Assembly: GCA_964459555.1 (NCBI GenBank)
Contig: CAYWNE010000005.1
Span: 5,644 to 69,643 of the forward strand
Source of the DNA: an uncultured Burkholderiaceae bacterium
Lineage (GTDB): Bacteria > Pseudomonadota > Gammaproteobacteria > Burkholderiales > Burkholderiaceae_D
DNA length: 64,000 nucleotides
Direction of reading: 5' to 3'
Positions within the stretch are counted from its first letter, which is position 1. Every line of letters starts with the position of its first letter. Position numbers and translations under genes: made by a program. A model generated the notes under the pieces. The model ran no database searches, was not told the origin of the DNA, and saw nothing but the letters and a program-made list of their open reading frames with translations. Positions 27,873 through 36,796 of the stretch are shown here, in pieces.

Positions 27873-29738
27873 ATGTTTCGTATTTTGCTCTTGCTTTCAT
27901 GGCTCCTGTGTTGCTGTTTGCCTGTTTCCGTGCAGGCAGAGCCAAGCTCGATTTGTCGCATCACCAAGGAGCTAGACAAACTTGCCTTGCAAGCATGTAG
28001 TGCTGAAGTAAGCGTGCAGGACCTACCCGCTCACTTAAGCACTGAGCGCGAGCGCCAACAAGGGCAATGGGTACGATTGCGACTTTCGGCATTGCCGATG
28101 AACGCCGTGTTGGACATCGGTATTCCTGATGCCTATTGGATAGAAGTTGTTTCAGTTGAGGCAAACACATCAGTTGCCAAGCGTGTGCTGCGCCTTAACG
28201 AACAATCTTCGTTTCATGAGCGCCCGGTTTTGCATCGCAATCTCTTATTGCATCTTGATGCATCAGAATCTTCTCGCGATGTGTATATTCACTATCAAAC
28301 CCACGTCAAAACACCATTGCAGATGCATCTTTATTCGGAGCGGAGTTTCGCTCAACACGATGCCATCGCCAATTTGCTCAATGGTTTGATTTTTGGTTTG
28401 ATGTTGATCGTTGTGCCCTTGGTAATCTTAGTGTTCCGGTCGGTACATAATTCGAATTACCGCACTTACGCTGGGTTGGTGTTGGCAAATCTGGCGTTTC
28501 TGGCGCAAGTTGATGGCTATGGCTTTCAGTTTTTATGGCCAGAGAGCCCGCAATGGAATATGAAAATGCCAGGCATTTTTGCCTTGATCGTGCCGTTGTG
28601 GCATATCGTCTTCGCCATTCGTTTTTTACAAATGCGGGTGCGCATGCTCAAACTGTATTTATGGCACATCGGATTCTTTTGGTTGGTCGCCTTCGTGCTG
28701 ATTTTGCAGATCACGATTGGGGTTGATGAAATTGCTTTGCCGGTGGCACTTTCGTATTCGATCTTGGCCTTGATCGCGGCTTTGCGTGGCGTACAAATTG
28801 GTGTCCCAGCTGCGACCTTTTACCTTATTGGTAATAGTATCGAAATCTTTTTTGTGGTCTTCATGCTTGGTGTGAGCATTACCTTCACCAATCCATTTCC
28901 CTTCATCAGTGTCTTAGATTATCCGAAGCTTGGTTATATCGGAGAAGCCGTGTTTTTCGCAGCGGCGGTGTGGAGTCAAATACGTCTCTTTAATGAGCGC
29001 CAAGCGGAACAAAGAGTGCGTCGCTTAGCCGAGACTGAACAACTACTCAAAGCGGAACGTGACAAAATCGAAGCCTTGGAAAAAGCCAAGCAACAGCAAT
29101 TGCAATTGGCATCGGCGAGTCACGATATTGCACAGCCTTTGGCTGCACTTCGATTTGCAGCGGCGGCGCTAGGTCAGAAGGCCGAGAATCGCGCTGTCGC
29201 TGAACATCTTGAGCAAACTTTGAGCTATGCACAGAGTATGTTGCGAGACATGATCTCGCGCAGCAAAGAGGAGCATGTGACGACTGACGAAGAGGTCGAT
29301 GTGCACCAACTCTTGCAACAGCTCACGCGAGAATTCGAAGCGACGGCAAGGCAGAAAGGCCTGCGATTGAATATTCACGATTGTTCTTTGAAGTTCACAG
29401 GTTCCTCCTTACTGTTGTATCGCATTTTGAGCAATCTGGTATCGAACGCATTACGCTATACCAGTAAAGGGAGAGTTGTGGTTGGCGTACGGCGCAAGGC
29501 CGATACGATAGTGTTTCAAGTGTGGGACACTGGACCGGGCATTTATCCTCAGCAGTTGCAACTCTTGTTGCGTGCCTTTGAGCGCGGCGAACATGCTGCG
29601 CAAGCAGCAGAGGGTTTTGGTTTGGGACTGTATATTGTGAGTAGTTTGTGTCGGCAATGTGATTATCGCCTATCCATTGCTTCAGAGCCCGGCAAGGGTT
29701 CGGTGTTTTCTTTGCATATCCCTAAGCAAAAGATTTAG
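27873..29738 (+). CDS. sensor histidine kinase with a 7TMR-DISM-type periplasmic and 7-TM input module
   Basis: Trimmed to ATG 27873 (MFRILLLLSWLL, signal). A periplasmic domain of about 170 aa is followed by about 7 hydrophobic helices and a coiled coil. Then come the H-box (SHDIAQPL), N-box (LSNLVSNALRYT) and G-boxes (DTGPGI, GFGLGL). Confidence 0.8.
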   Translation: MFRILLLLSWLLCCCLPVSVQAEPSSICRITKELDKLALQACSAEVSVQDLPAHLSTERERQQGQWVRLRLSALPMNAVLDIGIPDAYWIEVVSVEANTSVAKRVLRLNEQSSFHERPVLHRNLLLHLDASESSRDVYIHYQTHVKTPLQMHLYSERSFAQHDAIANLLNGLIFGLMLIVVPLVILVFRSVHNSNYRTYAGLVLANLAFLAQVDGYGFQFLWPESPQWNMKMPGIFALIVPLWHIVFAIRFLQMRVRMLKLYLWHIGFFWLVAFVLILQITIGVDEIALPVALSYSILALIAALRGVQIGVPAATFYLIGNSIEIFFVVFMLGVSITFTNPFPFISVLDYPKLGYIGEAVFFAAAVWSQIRLFNERQAEQRVRRLAETEQLLKAERDKIEALEKAKQQQLQLASASHDIAQPLAALRFAAAALGQKAENRAVAEHLEQTLSYAQSMLRDMISRSKEEHVTTDEEVDVHQLLQQLTREFEATARQKGLRLNIHDCSLKFTGSSLLLYRILSNLVSNALRYTSKGRVVVGVRRKADTIVFQVWDTGPGIYPQQLQLLLRAFERGEHAAQAAEGFGLGLYIVSSLCRQCDYRLSIASEPGKGSVFSLHIPKQKI

Positions 29739-29913
29739 TTCAAAAAATAGAACTCAAAAAGATAAAGTTTCTAAGACATTTCTTTCTTACTATCGATAGG
29801 TTTGATCGAATACGGTGTTTTCCGTATGGGTTCTAGCTCTTCACTTCTCTAAACTTTCTTTCATCGAGTCCTGCCATTCGGAGCAGGCACAATCAGATGT
29901 GAAGGAGAGGAAA

Positions 29914-31110
29914 ATGTTAGCAGCTGTGTTAGTGACTTTGTGGCGTTGGACCATGGCCGTTTGCGATTGGCGTGCGCATTGGCGTTTCTTGACCGGTCGT
30001 GCAGCAATTGATGTCGCGATCATCACCAATGTTCGCGACGAACAAGAAAAGCATTTGTTCTGGGGCAGTTTGAAACCGCGTGATGGTCATTCCTCGGGCG
30101 CCCGTATTTACATGAATGGTGTGGCGGGACGCGTACGTGGCATCTATGTGACGGCCGCTGAATTGATGACCAAGTCAGGCCGTCAACTAGCAAAACAGCA
30201 GTTTATCAATGCCGTCAAATGGGCTGATCAACGTGGCGCCAAAGTGGTGCTGTTGGCCGCCTCGACCAAACGTTTATTCGGCCGCGATGGCGCCGAATTG
30301 AAAGCGATGTTCCCACATATCCTGTTCACGATTGGTGACAATGGCACATCGCTGTTGCTGTGCCAAGATATCGCAGCAGCTCTACGCAAAGCCAAGCTTG
30401 GAAAACAAAGCCGCGTGTTAGTGATTGGGCCTTACGGTATTTTGGGAACCGAAGTGACTCGCTTTTTGCTCGCACAAGGCTATGAAGTTGTCGGCTTTGG
30501 TACCAATTCAAACTTACTAAAAGAATTCGCGACCAATTTTCCGATTGATTTGCATTCGGAAATCACACAAGTCGGAAAAGTGGATGCGGTGTTTGCTTGC
30601 ACTCACAGTACTGAGGCGAAGTTAACAGCTGAGCGCGTTGAATACTTGCGTCGCGCCGATCGTAAGTTGTTAGTGGTCGATGTTGCTGAACCAGCCAATC
30701 TCGACATCGATGATTATCAGCGTTGTGAGCACGTCGTCGTGCGTCAAGATGCTGGCAATGCTTACTCACCGGAATTGCGTTTTGTGTTGGGCAAGCTGTC
30801 CTCCGGTATGTTGAATTTAGCGCCGAATAGTGTGTTTGGTTGTTTCGCTGAATCGCTCACGCTTTACCGTGCGATCTACCTTGACTATCAACATACCTTG
30901 CTGAATCAAGATTGGTTCCAGATTAATCGTCTGAATCTTGCTGTGTTGGCCCATAACTTTGAGACCAATCATGTGACACCCCCCAAAGCCTGCTGTTTTG
31001 GTAAGCCAGTGAAAAGCTTTGAACTGCAGTACGTTCAGAAGTCAGAACAAGCGGCGCGCGAAACACAACAGCGGATGGTGATCGGTGAGCAATGTAGCCA
31101 GGCTAGTTAA
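29914..31110 (+). CDS. COG5322-type NAD(P)-dependent oxidoreductase related to cyanobacterial acyl-ACP reductase
   Basis: Trimmed to ATG 29914, which is preceded by GAAGGAGAGG. It is collinear with my memory of cyanobacterial AAR: FTIGDNGTSLLLCQDIAAAL ~ FTTGNTHTAYVICRQVEAAA; VLVIGPYGILGTEVTRFL ~ VAVVGATGDIGSAVCRWL; VFGCFAESL ~ MFACFAEAM. The assignment is from memory, not from a search. Confidence 0.55.
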   Translation: MLAAVLVTLWRWTMAVCDWRAHWRFLTGRAAIDVAIITNVRDEQEKHLFWGSLKPRDGHSSGARIYMNGVAGRVRGIYVTAAELMTKSGRQLAKQQFINAVKWADQRGAKVVLLAASTKRLFGRDGAELKAMFPHILFTIGDNGTSLLLCQDIAAALRKAKLGKQSRVLVIGPYGILGTEVTRFLLAQGYEVVGFGTNSNLLKEFATNFPIDLHSEITQVGKVDAVFACTHSTEAKLTAERVEYLRRADRKLLVVDVAEPANLDIDDYQRCEHVVVRQDAGNAYSPELRFVLGKLSSGMLNLAPNSVFGCFAESLTLYRAIYLDYQHTLLNQDWFQINRLNLAVLAHNFETNHVTPPKACCFGKPVKSFELQYVQKSEQAARETQQRMVIGEQCSQAS

Positions 31111-31127
31111 AAAAATATAATCGAACC

Positions 31128-31157
31128 CAAACCAGCATCGGCGATGCTGGTTTTTTT
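31128..31157 (+). terminator. intrinsic terminator
   Basis: aaaccagcatc-ggc-gatgctggttt followed by a T run, 18 nt after the stop of the oxidoreductase gene. Confidence 0.8.
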
Positions 31158-31284
31158 ATTTCTTGTGTTGCGAAATCGTGTAGTGCTCTTGTCGCTCAAA
31201 GCAGCTTCATCGAAGAACTTACTTGCCTTGCGTCCCCCCTGTGCTACAGTAAGCCGCATAAAAAGAATTTTGGGGATGGTGGGG

Positions 31285-32220
31285 ATGAAGGCGATCAAGC
31301 AGCGACCTCGTTGGCTCCGTATCGTTGTGTTCATAGGCAGCCTAGCGCTTTTGGCTTCGGGCGGGTTTGCGTATGCTCAAGGTATGACAAATGCCAAGCC
31401 TAGTAGCACCTCGGTGATGCGCATTATTTACCCCGCCGATGAAGATAAAGATGACGGTCGATTTGCCGATCTCAAGGAAATCTTGACCATGGCATTGGAG
31501 AAGACCAAAGCTGAATTTGGCCCGTATGAGTTGCAATCGTCGCTGAACTTTATGAATGGGCGGCGCGCTCGTGCGAGTCTTGATAGCGGTGAGCTGACGG
31601 TGATATGGACCTCCACCAGCGTCGAAAAAGAAAAGGCCTTGTTACCGATTCGTATCCCAATTCGCAAAGGAATACTTGGCTATCGTGTGCTTTTGATCAA
31701 TGCCGATCAGCAAGCACACTTCGATCGCATACAGAAAGCAGCAGACTTGCAGCAGCTGAGAATTGGACAAGGCACCGGGTGGGATGATGGTCGTCTTTAC
31801 CGCCATCTCGGCGCCGAAGTCATCGAAGCGAAATACAGCAATCTGTTTCGTATGTTGCGTCACGAAAAATTTGATGCGATCCCGCTTGGCATCAATGAAG
31901 CGATGGCCTCTTTGCAAAGCGCTCAGGGAGCCGAGGGGCGTTTGACGATAGAGAAAAATATCTTAATTTACTATCCCTGGCCCTACTATTTTTTTGTCGC
32001 GCGACATCAAGAAGTTTTGCACAAACGATTGGAGATCGGATTGCGTCTCATGCTCAAAGACGGCAGCTTGGATGCCATCTTTTGGAAATACAATGCCAAG
32101 GCAATCGAACAACTGAATCTTAAACAGCGACGCTTGATTCGGATCGAAAATCCCTTATTGCCACCTGAGACTCCCTTGAAGGATGCCAGTCTCTGGTACA
32201 CGCCGAATATGCATAAGTGA
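31285..32220 (+). CDS. periplasmic substrate-binding-protein-like protein, orphan; paralog 2
   Basis: The long track ORF 31144.. crosses the terminator, so it is trimmed to ATG 31285 (or 31276): MKAIKQRPRWLRIVVFIGSLALLASGGFAYA (signal). It is collinear with 23651-24553 along the whole mature protein. Confidence 0.55.
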   Translation: MKAIKQRPRWLRIVVFIGSLALLASGGFAYAQGMTNAKPSSTSVMRIIYPADEDKDDGRFADLKEILTMALEKTKAEFGPYELQSSLNFMNGRRARASLDSGELTVIWTSTSVEKEKALLPIRIPIRKGILGYRVLLINADQQAHFDRIQKAADLQQLRIGQGTGWDDGRLYRHLGAEVIEAKYSNLFRMLRHEKFDAIPLGINEAMASLQSAQGAEGRLTIEKNILIYYPWPYYFFVARHQEVLHKRLEIGLRLMLKDGSLDAIFWKYNAKAIEQLNLKQRRLIRIENPLLPPETPLKDASLWYTPNMHK

Positions 32221-32328
32221 AGATGAAAAAAAGCGCATCGCTGCACAGGCACAACGATACGCTTTGAAAAACGCGAGAGCGCGTTTCGAACTTGATTGCC
32301 TAAGCGTTTGACTTAGGCATTCTCTTGC

Positions 32329-35139
32329 TTATTGTGTTACTACACTCACATCATCAATCAGGAAGGAAGTCGCTGTCACTGAGCCTTCGGTTCCCAAGAA
32401 ATAGATGCGAATGGTTTGACCTTTGTAGGCACTGATGTCGAAAGATTTGCTGATATAGCTGCTGCCTTTATTGAGGTTGGAATAGGTTGCCAAAGTACTC
32501 AAAACGGTGCCGCTACTATTGCGAATCTGAACCTGTAGAGTGTCATAGGCTTGTGTCGTTGTGGTTTCATCCGACACGACCTTCAACCAGAAGCTTAAGG
32601 TGGTTGATGTGCTGGTGCTTGGGATGCTGATAGTCTGGTAGAGGCTATCGACGTGAGCCGCACCATAACCATTGAGCCAAGCTTTGTAGGTGCCAGCACG
32701 CGCGGCTTGAGTCGTATCATTGCTGATTACTCCAGCGGTCGCGGTCCAAGAGCTTGAAGCGCTTTCAAAACCACCGTTCACGATCAATTGCTTCGATACC
32801 GTGTTGTTGACGCTGAATGTGACCGTGCTAGATGTACCGATATTGCCAGCCGCATCGTAAGCCTTGGCGACCAAGCTGTGGCTACCATTACTCAAAGTTG
32901 TGGAATTCAACGTTGTGCTGTAAGGCGCGGCTGTGAGGGTCGATTTCAATGTGCCATCAACGTACAACTCCACTTTGCTCACGCCTACGTTGTCGTTGGC
33001 ACTAGCGCTCAAGGTAATCGTGCCGCTGGTGCCAGATTCGCTCGCGGTAACTGTTGGTGCAGTGGTGTCAGGTACAGGATTGTTGATACTGAAACTGACC
33101 GCGCTGGAACTACCGACGTTGCCTGCTGCGTCATAGGCTTTGGCGACATAACTATGACTGCCATTGGCGAGCGTCGTCGAATTCAAACTCAAGGTGTAAG
33201 GCGCTGCTGTGGCTGTACCTTTCAATACACTATCAACATAAAACTCGACTTTGCTGACGCCCACGTTATCACTGGCGGTGGCATTGAGAGTGATGGTGCC
33301 ACTTGTGCCACTTTCACTGGCAGTGACGGTCGGTGCTGTGGTGTCACCCGTCGCGGTACCTTGGCTGACCCAGATTGGCGCTGACCACAAAATATTACCG
33401 TCGTCTTGAGTGAGCTTGGCGTAGTAGAAGTGTTCGCCTGTACTTGGAGTAATGGTCGTGATGGCCGTGTTACTGAGTTGAGTGACCGTACCATTGCGAC
33501 CCGGCACACCTTCGAAGATCTGTACTGTGCTGACAGTGCGGCCTGCGCTGTTAGCGAAGTTCGTTGTCAGCGTGAGGCTGCCCGAATTGCTGAAGCGTTC
33601 GCCCATCATGTGGCCATTCGCAGTCAAGACTAGTTGCGAGTTTTTATCCATGGTGGCGAATACGCGGCGTGCCTTCAAAGCTGCGATAAAGTTCGCGTTA
33701 TTGAGTGGCAAGCCATTTGGAATCAATACGCCATTGCGGTTGGTGTAAGAGGCACCCCAGTTCGCGCAGTGATTGTCTTGGTTGGTCGTGAAGGCTACGT
33801 GGAAACCAGCTTCAAGCGCTTTGTTACAAGCACCTTCATAAGTCGAACGGCTAGTTTCCGTTTCCGTTGTATTGGTTGAGAACGCGGACGTGTTTAAGAC
33901 TTCACATGCGACCATCGCTTGATCGCCATCGGCCGTGTAGGCGAGTGGTACACCGTTGACGAGGAATTGACCGCTAGTGGAAGGATGATTGAATTGACCA
34001 ATCCAACCGCGTTGACGCATTAATGTATAGAGGCCAGCGTAGTCATTTTTGGTGGTCAAGGTATCAGCGATCAATTGATTGCTGCTGTTGTATTCCCAAC
34101 CCAAGAGTTCATTGGAGTTGAAAATATTCATGTGGCCGCCGTTGTTGATGACACCCCATTCGAGTCCATAGATCCCGAGGAAATTAGGATTGCTAGCGTT
34201 AAAGCTAGTCGCAGCGTTCAAGCCAGATTGATAGAGATTTTTGGCAGTCGTTGGGTTAGCGCTGGCGTTTGTGGCATCGGAACCATCGTACATGTGGTTG
34301 TGTTCCGATGTCATCAAGAAGTCCAAGCCCTTGTTCATCGCATATTGGTAGGCATCAGTCGGACCATATGCTGCCGACTGGGGATTTTGGGCGCCAGTAC
34401 AAGCACTGAGGTTGCCGCCACCATCACTATGGTTGGTTTGACTGTGCAAGTTGCCGTAATAGACGGTGTAAGGCAGGGCACTGGTCGCAGGAACAGCAGG
34501 TGCCATCGCCGTTTTGGAGGAAGCGGCAGCGGGTGGTGCACTCATCGTGCGAGCAGACTTCGCCGTTTTTAGACCGGCAAACGGAGGCATGGCAACTTGT
34601 GCGCTGCTGCCAACTTGCATAGGCCATAGTTGTTCGGTGACCTCTGCTTTGTTGTGCAAAAGTACTTCATTTACCACTTGTGCGGCCGGCTTACGTGAGT
34701 GATTGACGATCTCTTTACTTTCGATTGCCGCGGCGCTCAGGCGCAGTTGATAGACGCCATCAGGTAAAGCGCTGCTACTGCTTCGGCCAGACCAGTAGAC
34801 CTGCTTGAGCACAGTTTGATTGAGTAGTTTTTCCGTGCCTGTCCAAGTTTGCGCGACGCGACCGCTTGGCGTGAGCAACTCTAGTTTCCAGGCAACGATT
34901 TGCTCTTTTTGATTCAGTGGAAAACTGAAATCAAGCGTAAAGGTGCGGGATTCATCACCGGGGCGCGCATTGGCGGCCGCACGGTAAGGTACGTGCACGC
35001 TGGCTTCGAACTCATGGTGATCTGAAATGGCGGCGTAGCTTGATGCGGCCAGGCCAAAACTTAAGGTGCTGACTGCAAGGCAAATAGCGGACAAGCGACC
35101 GGCTCCGGACTGACGCCGGATATTCTTTAGATTAAACAT
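32329..35139 (-). CDS. large secreted multidomain PHP-family metallo-phosphoesterase-like protein (FlgD-Ig-like N-domain, PHP core, 2 Ig-like repeats, C-terminal CBM-like jelly roll)
   Basis: Trimmed to ATG 35139 (MFNLKNIRR..., signal ...SSYAA), which is preceded by GAGGGAGAGGA. PHP-type His clusters are present (YYGNLHSQTNHSDGGG; LMTSEHNHM; GQFNHPS). The C-terminus NGGFES..W...FLIDDVSV resembles CBM4/9-type modules. Confidence 0.6.
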   Translation of the reverse strand: MFNLKNIRRQSGAGRLSAICLAVSTLSFGLAASSYAAISDHHEFEASVHVPYRAAANARPGDESRTFTLDFSFPLNQKEQIVAWKLELLTPSGRVAQTWTGTEKLLNQTVLKQVYWSGRSSSSALPDGVYQLRLSAAAIESKEIVNHSRKPAAQVVNEVLLHNKAEVTEQLWPMQVGSSAQVAMPPFAGLKTAKSARTMSAPPAAASSKTAMAPAVPATSALPYTVYYGNLHSQTNHSDGGGNLSACTGAQNPQSAAYGPTDAYQYAMNKGLDFLMTSEHNHMYDGSDATNASANPTTAKNLYQSGLNAATSFNASNPNFLGIYGLEWGVINNGGHMNIFNSNELLGWEYNSSNQLIADTLTTKNDYAGLYTLMRQRGWIGQFNHPSTSGQFLVNGVPLAYTADGDQAMVACEVLNTSAFSTNTTETETSRSTYEGACNKALEAGFHVAFTTNQDNHCANWGASYTNRNGVLIPNGLPLNNANFIAALKARRVFATMDKNSQLVLTANGHMMGERFSNSGSLTLTTNFANSAGRTVSTVQIFEGVPGRNGTVTQLSNTAITTITPSTGEHFYYAKLTQDDGNILWSAPIWVSQGTATGDTTAPTVTASESGTSGTITLNATASDNVGVSKVEFYVDSVLKGTATAAPYTLSLNSTTLANGSHSYVAKAYDAAGNVGSSSAVSFSINNPVPDTTAPTVTASESGTSGTITLSASANDNVGVSKVELYVDGTLKSTLTAAPYSTTLNSTTLSNGSHSLVAKAYDAAGNIGTSSTVTFSVNNTVSKQLIVNGGFESASSSWTATAGVISNDTTQAARAGTYKAWLNGYGAAHVDSLYQTISIPSTSTSTTLSFWLKVVSDETTTTQAYDTLQVQIRNSSGTVLSTLATYSNLNKGSSYISKSFDISAYKGQTIRIYFLGTEGSVTATSFLIDDVSVVTQ
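32791..33342 (-). repeat. two tandem 276-nt (92-codon) Ig-like domain repeats inside the PHP-protein gene
   Basis: TTAPTVTASESGTSGTITLNATASDNVGVSKVEFYVD...AKAYDAAGNVGSSSAVSFSINN is followed directly by TTAPTVTASESGTSGTITLSASANDNVGVSKVELYVD...AKAYDAAGNIGTSSTVTFSVNN. The period was measured from codon positions 33342 and 33066. Confidence 0.85.
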
Positions 35140-35707
35140 CGTTTCCTCTCCCTCATGTTTTGTGCTCGGCAGTGTGACCAAGACAAAACATGGTTTTGCG
35201 AAATGAAGGCTGCCGACTCAGGGACATTGTGTGAACCTGAGAAATGACGGGCTTCTCTTCTTGTTATTAAATAAACTTTTGCGAGTTGCGTTTTTGGAAT
35301 GTTTTATTCCGAATTGCAACTCTTTTTGTCATGTTTGTTTTGCAAACAGCGCAAGCCTGACACAGCTGTATGACATTTCAATTACAGACTGCCATGTCTT
35401 TTTTGCACCAAAATAATTCGTTTAGAAAAAATACAGGTCTGCACTAGGGAGGACTTGAGTTTGAAAGGCTGAGAGAGGGATTTAGAGTGTTTACTCTAAG
35501 TGGTATTCAATGCTGAAAAGCGTGGCAAAAAAGGCACGCTATTTTGTTAGGGCAATATGGCTTTTTACCAGTGGAAATTCATTTCCTAGGCAGCAAAGCT
35601 TTGCGGTTTTTTCTGAATGGATCTTTGGATGTGGGCGTGTTGCCACAGAAGGAGGAGAGACTCCGAGCACGTTACAGGCATCTTGGCTCGGAGTCCTTGA
35701 TTCGAAC

Positions 35708-36766
35708 TTAGTTGATCATCTCATGCGCTAAACGACGTGGCACTTCCCAATCCAATTCCCAGTCACGTTTCTTTTCCATGGCATCGATATGCTTGAGTTT
35801 CTTGCCTTCGACGAATTTACCGGACAACAGATTCTTGGGTTTGCTTGGAGCGGAAACATAGCCACGCTCTTCCCACAAAGAACGCTTGATGGTGGTGGCG
35901 GCGAGAATGCCGTAGTCGGCGCCGCAGGTAATGCCTTTTTCAGCGACCACGGCTTCACCGGCCTTGATGTATTTAGCGGCGTAAATGGTGGTCTTACTGG
36001 CGATCCAACGACCGCTGTGAATCTCACCATTGAGACTCGTGATTTGGCCTGCAGCGCGAATCGTGCCCCAAGCGCTGATGTCGCCATTGGTATGAATCGA
36101 GTCCGCTTGTAAATTACCTTGGCAAATCACTTCGCCCGCGTAGATGCCGCCATGCACGGCTATGTCGGTTTCTGAGAATAGTTCACCTTTGACGTTGATA
36201 TCGCCATCGGCGGCCACGGCGATTGCGCTCAGATGGCCACCGACGTATTGAATCTCACCGACATCCAGCACGTCGTCGAGTTGTAAATTGCCGTGACAAT
36301 CAAGCACGTCGCAAGCCAAGTAACCAAGAACTTGCACATCGCCATAACCACCGAAGGATTCCTGATGCGCATCGCGCTTGAGGATGCTGGGGTGAACCAA
36401 TTTGTCGATATAGCTGCTGCCATCTTTGGCTGGCTTGGCTTGATCGAGTTCCAACAAGCGCGCCATCCATTCAGCATTGCAACCAGTCTTCAGCATGTGT
36501 TCGACATCTACGTCGCCAGCACAATCGAGAGCTTGGCCAACGTACAGCGACTGCACGTGGATATCGCCAGTGACGGTCAATTTGCCGAGGCAGAAGACTT
36601 CTTCCGCTTCGAGATTGCCATCAACCAGCAAATCACCACCAACGATGACTTGCTGAGTGATTTGTAGATCACCTTGAATATGGGCGTCGCCGGTGCAAGC
36701 GAATTGTTTGCGCTTGAGTTTTTTAGCGAGGAAAGGAGCGGGTGCGGTGGTCATAGTGAGATCCAA
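35708..36766 (-). CDS. hypothetical protein with degenerate beta-helix-like repeats
   Basis: 352 aa. G-D/N-hydrophobic repeats recur every 15-20 residues (GDLQITQQVIVGGDLLVDGNLEAEEVFCLGKLTVTGDIHV...; GDINVKGELFSETDIAVHGGIYAGEVICQGNLQADSIHTNGDISAWG). There is no signal peptide. The family is not recognised with confidence; bactofilin or FapA-like are only guesses. Confidence 0.4.
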   Translation of the reverse strand: MDLTMTTAPAPFLAKKLKRKQFACTGDAHIQGDLQITQQVIVGGDLLVDGNLEAEEVFCLGKLTVTGDIHVQSLYVGQALDCAGDVDVEHMLKTGCNAEWMARLLELDQAKPAKDGSSYIDKLVHPSILKRDAHQESFGGYGDVQVLGYLACDVLDCHGNLQLDDVLDVGEIQYVGGHLSAIAVAADGDINVKGELFSETDIAVHGGIYAGEVICQGNLQADSIHTNGDISAWGTIRAAGQITSLNGEIHSGRWIASKTTIYAAKYIKAGEAVVAEKGITCGADYGILAATTIKRSLWEERGYVSAPSKPKNLLSGKFVEGKKLKHIDAMEKKRDWELDWEVPRRLAHEMIN

Positions 36767-36796
36767 TGAGGGTCCAAGTTAACAATCAAACGGTGC

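Noticed and set aside
31144-31284. N-terminal extension of the second SBP-like ORF (track start 31144)
   Set aside because: The extension begins inside the stem of the preceding gene's intrinsic terminator. A signal peptide starts only after the ATG at 31276 or 31285.
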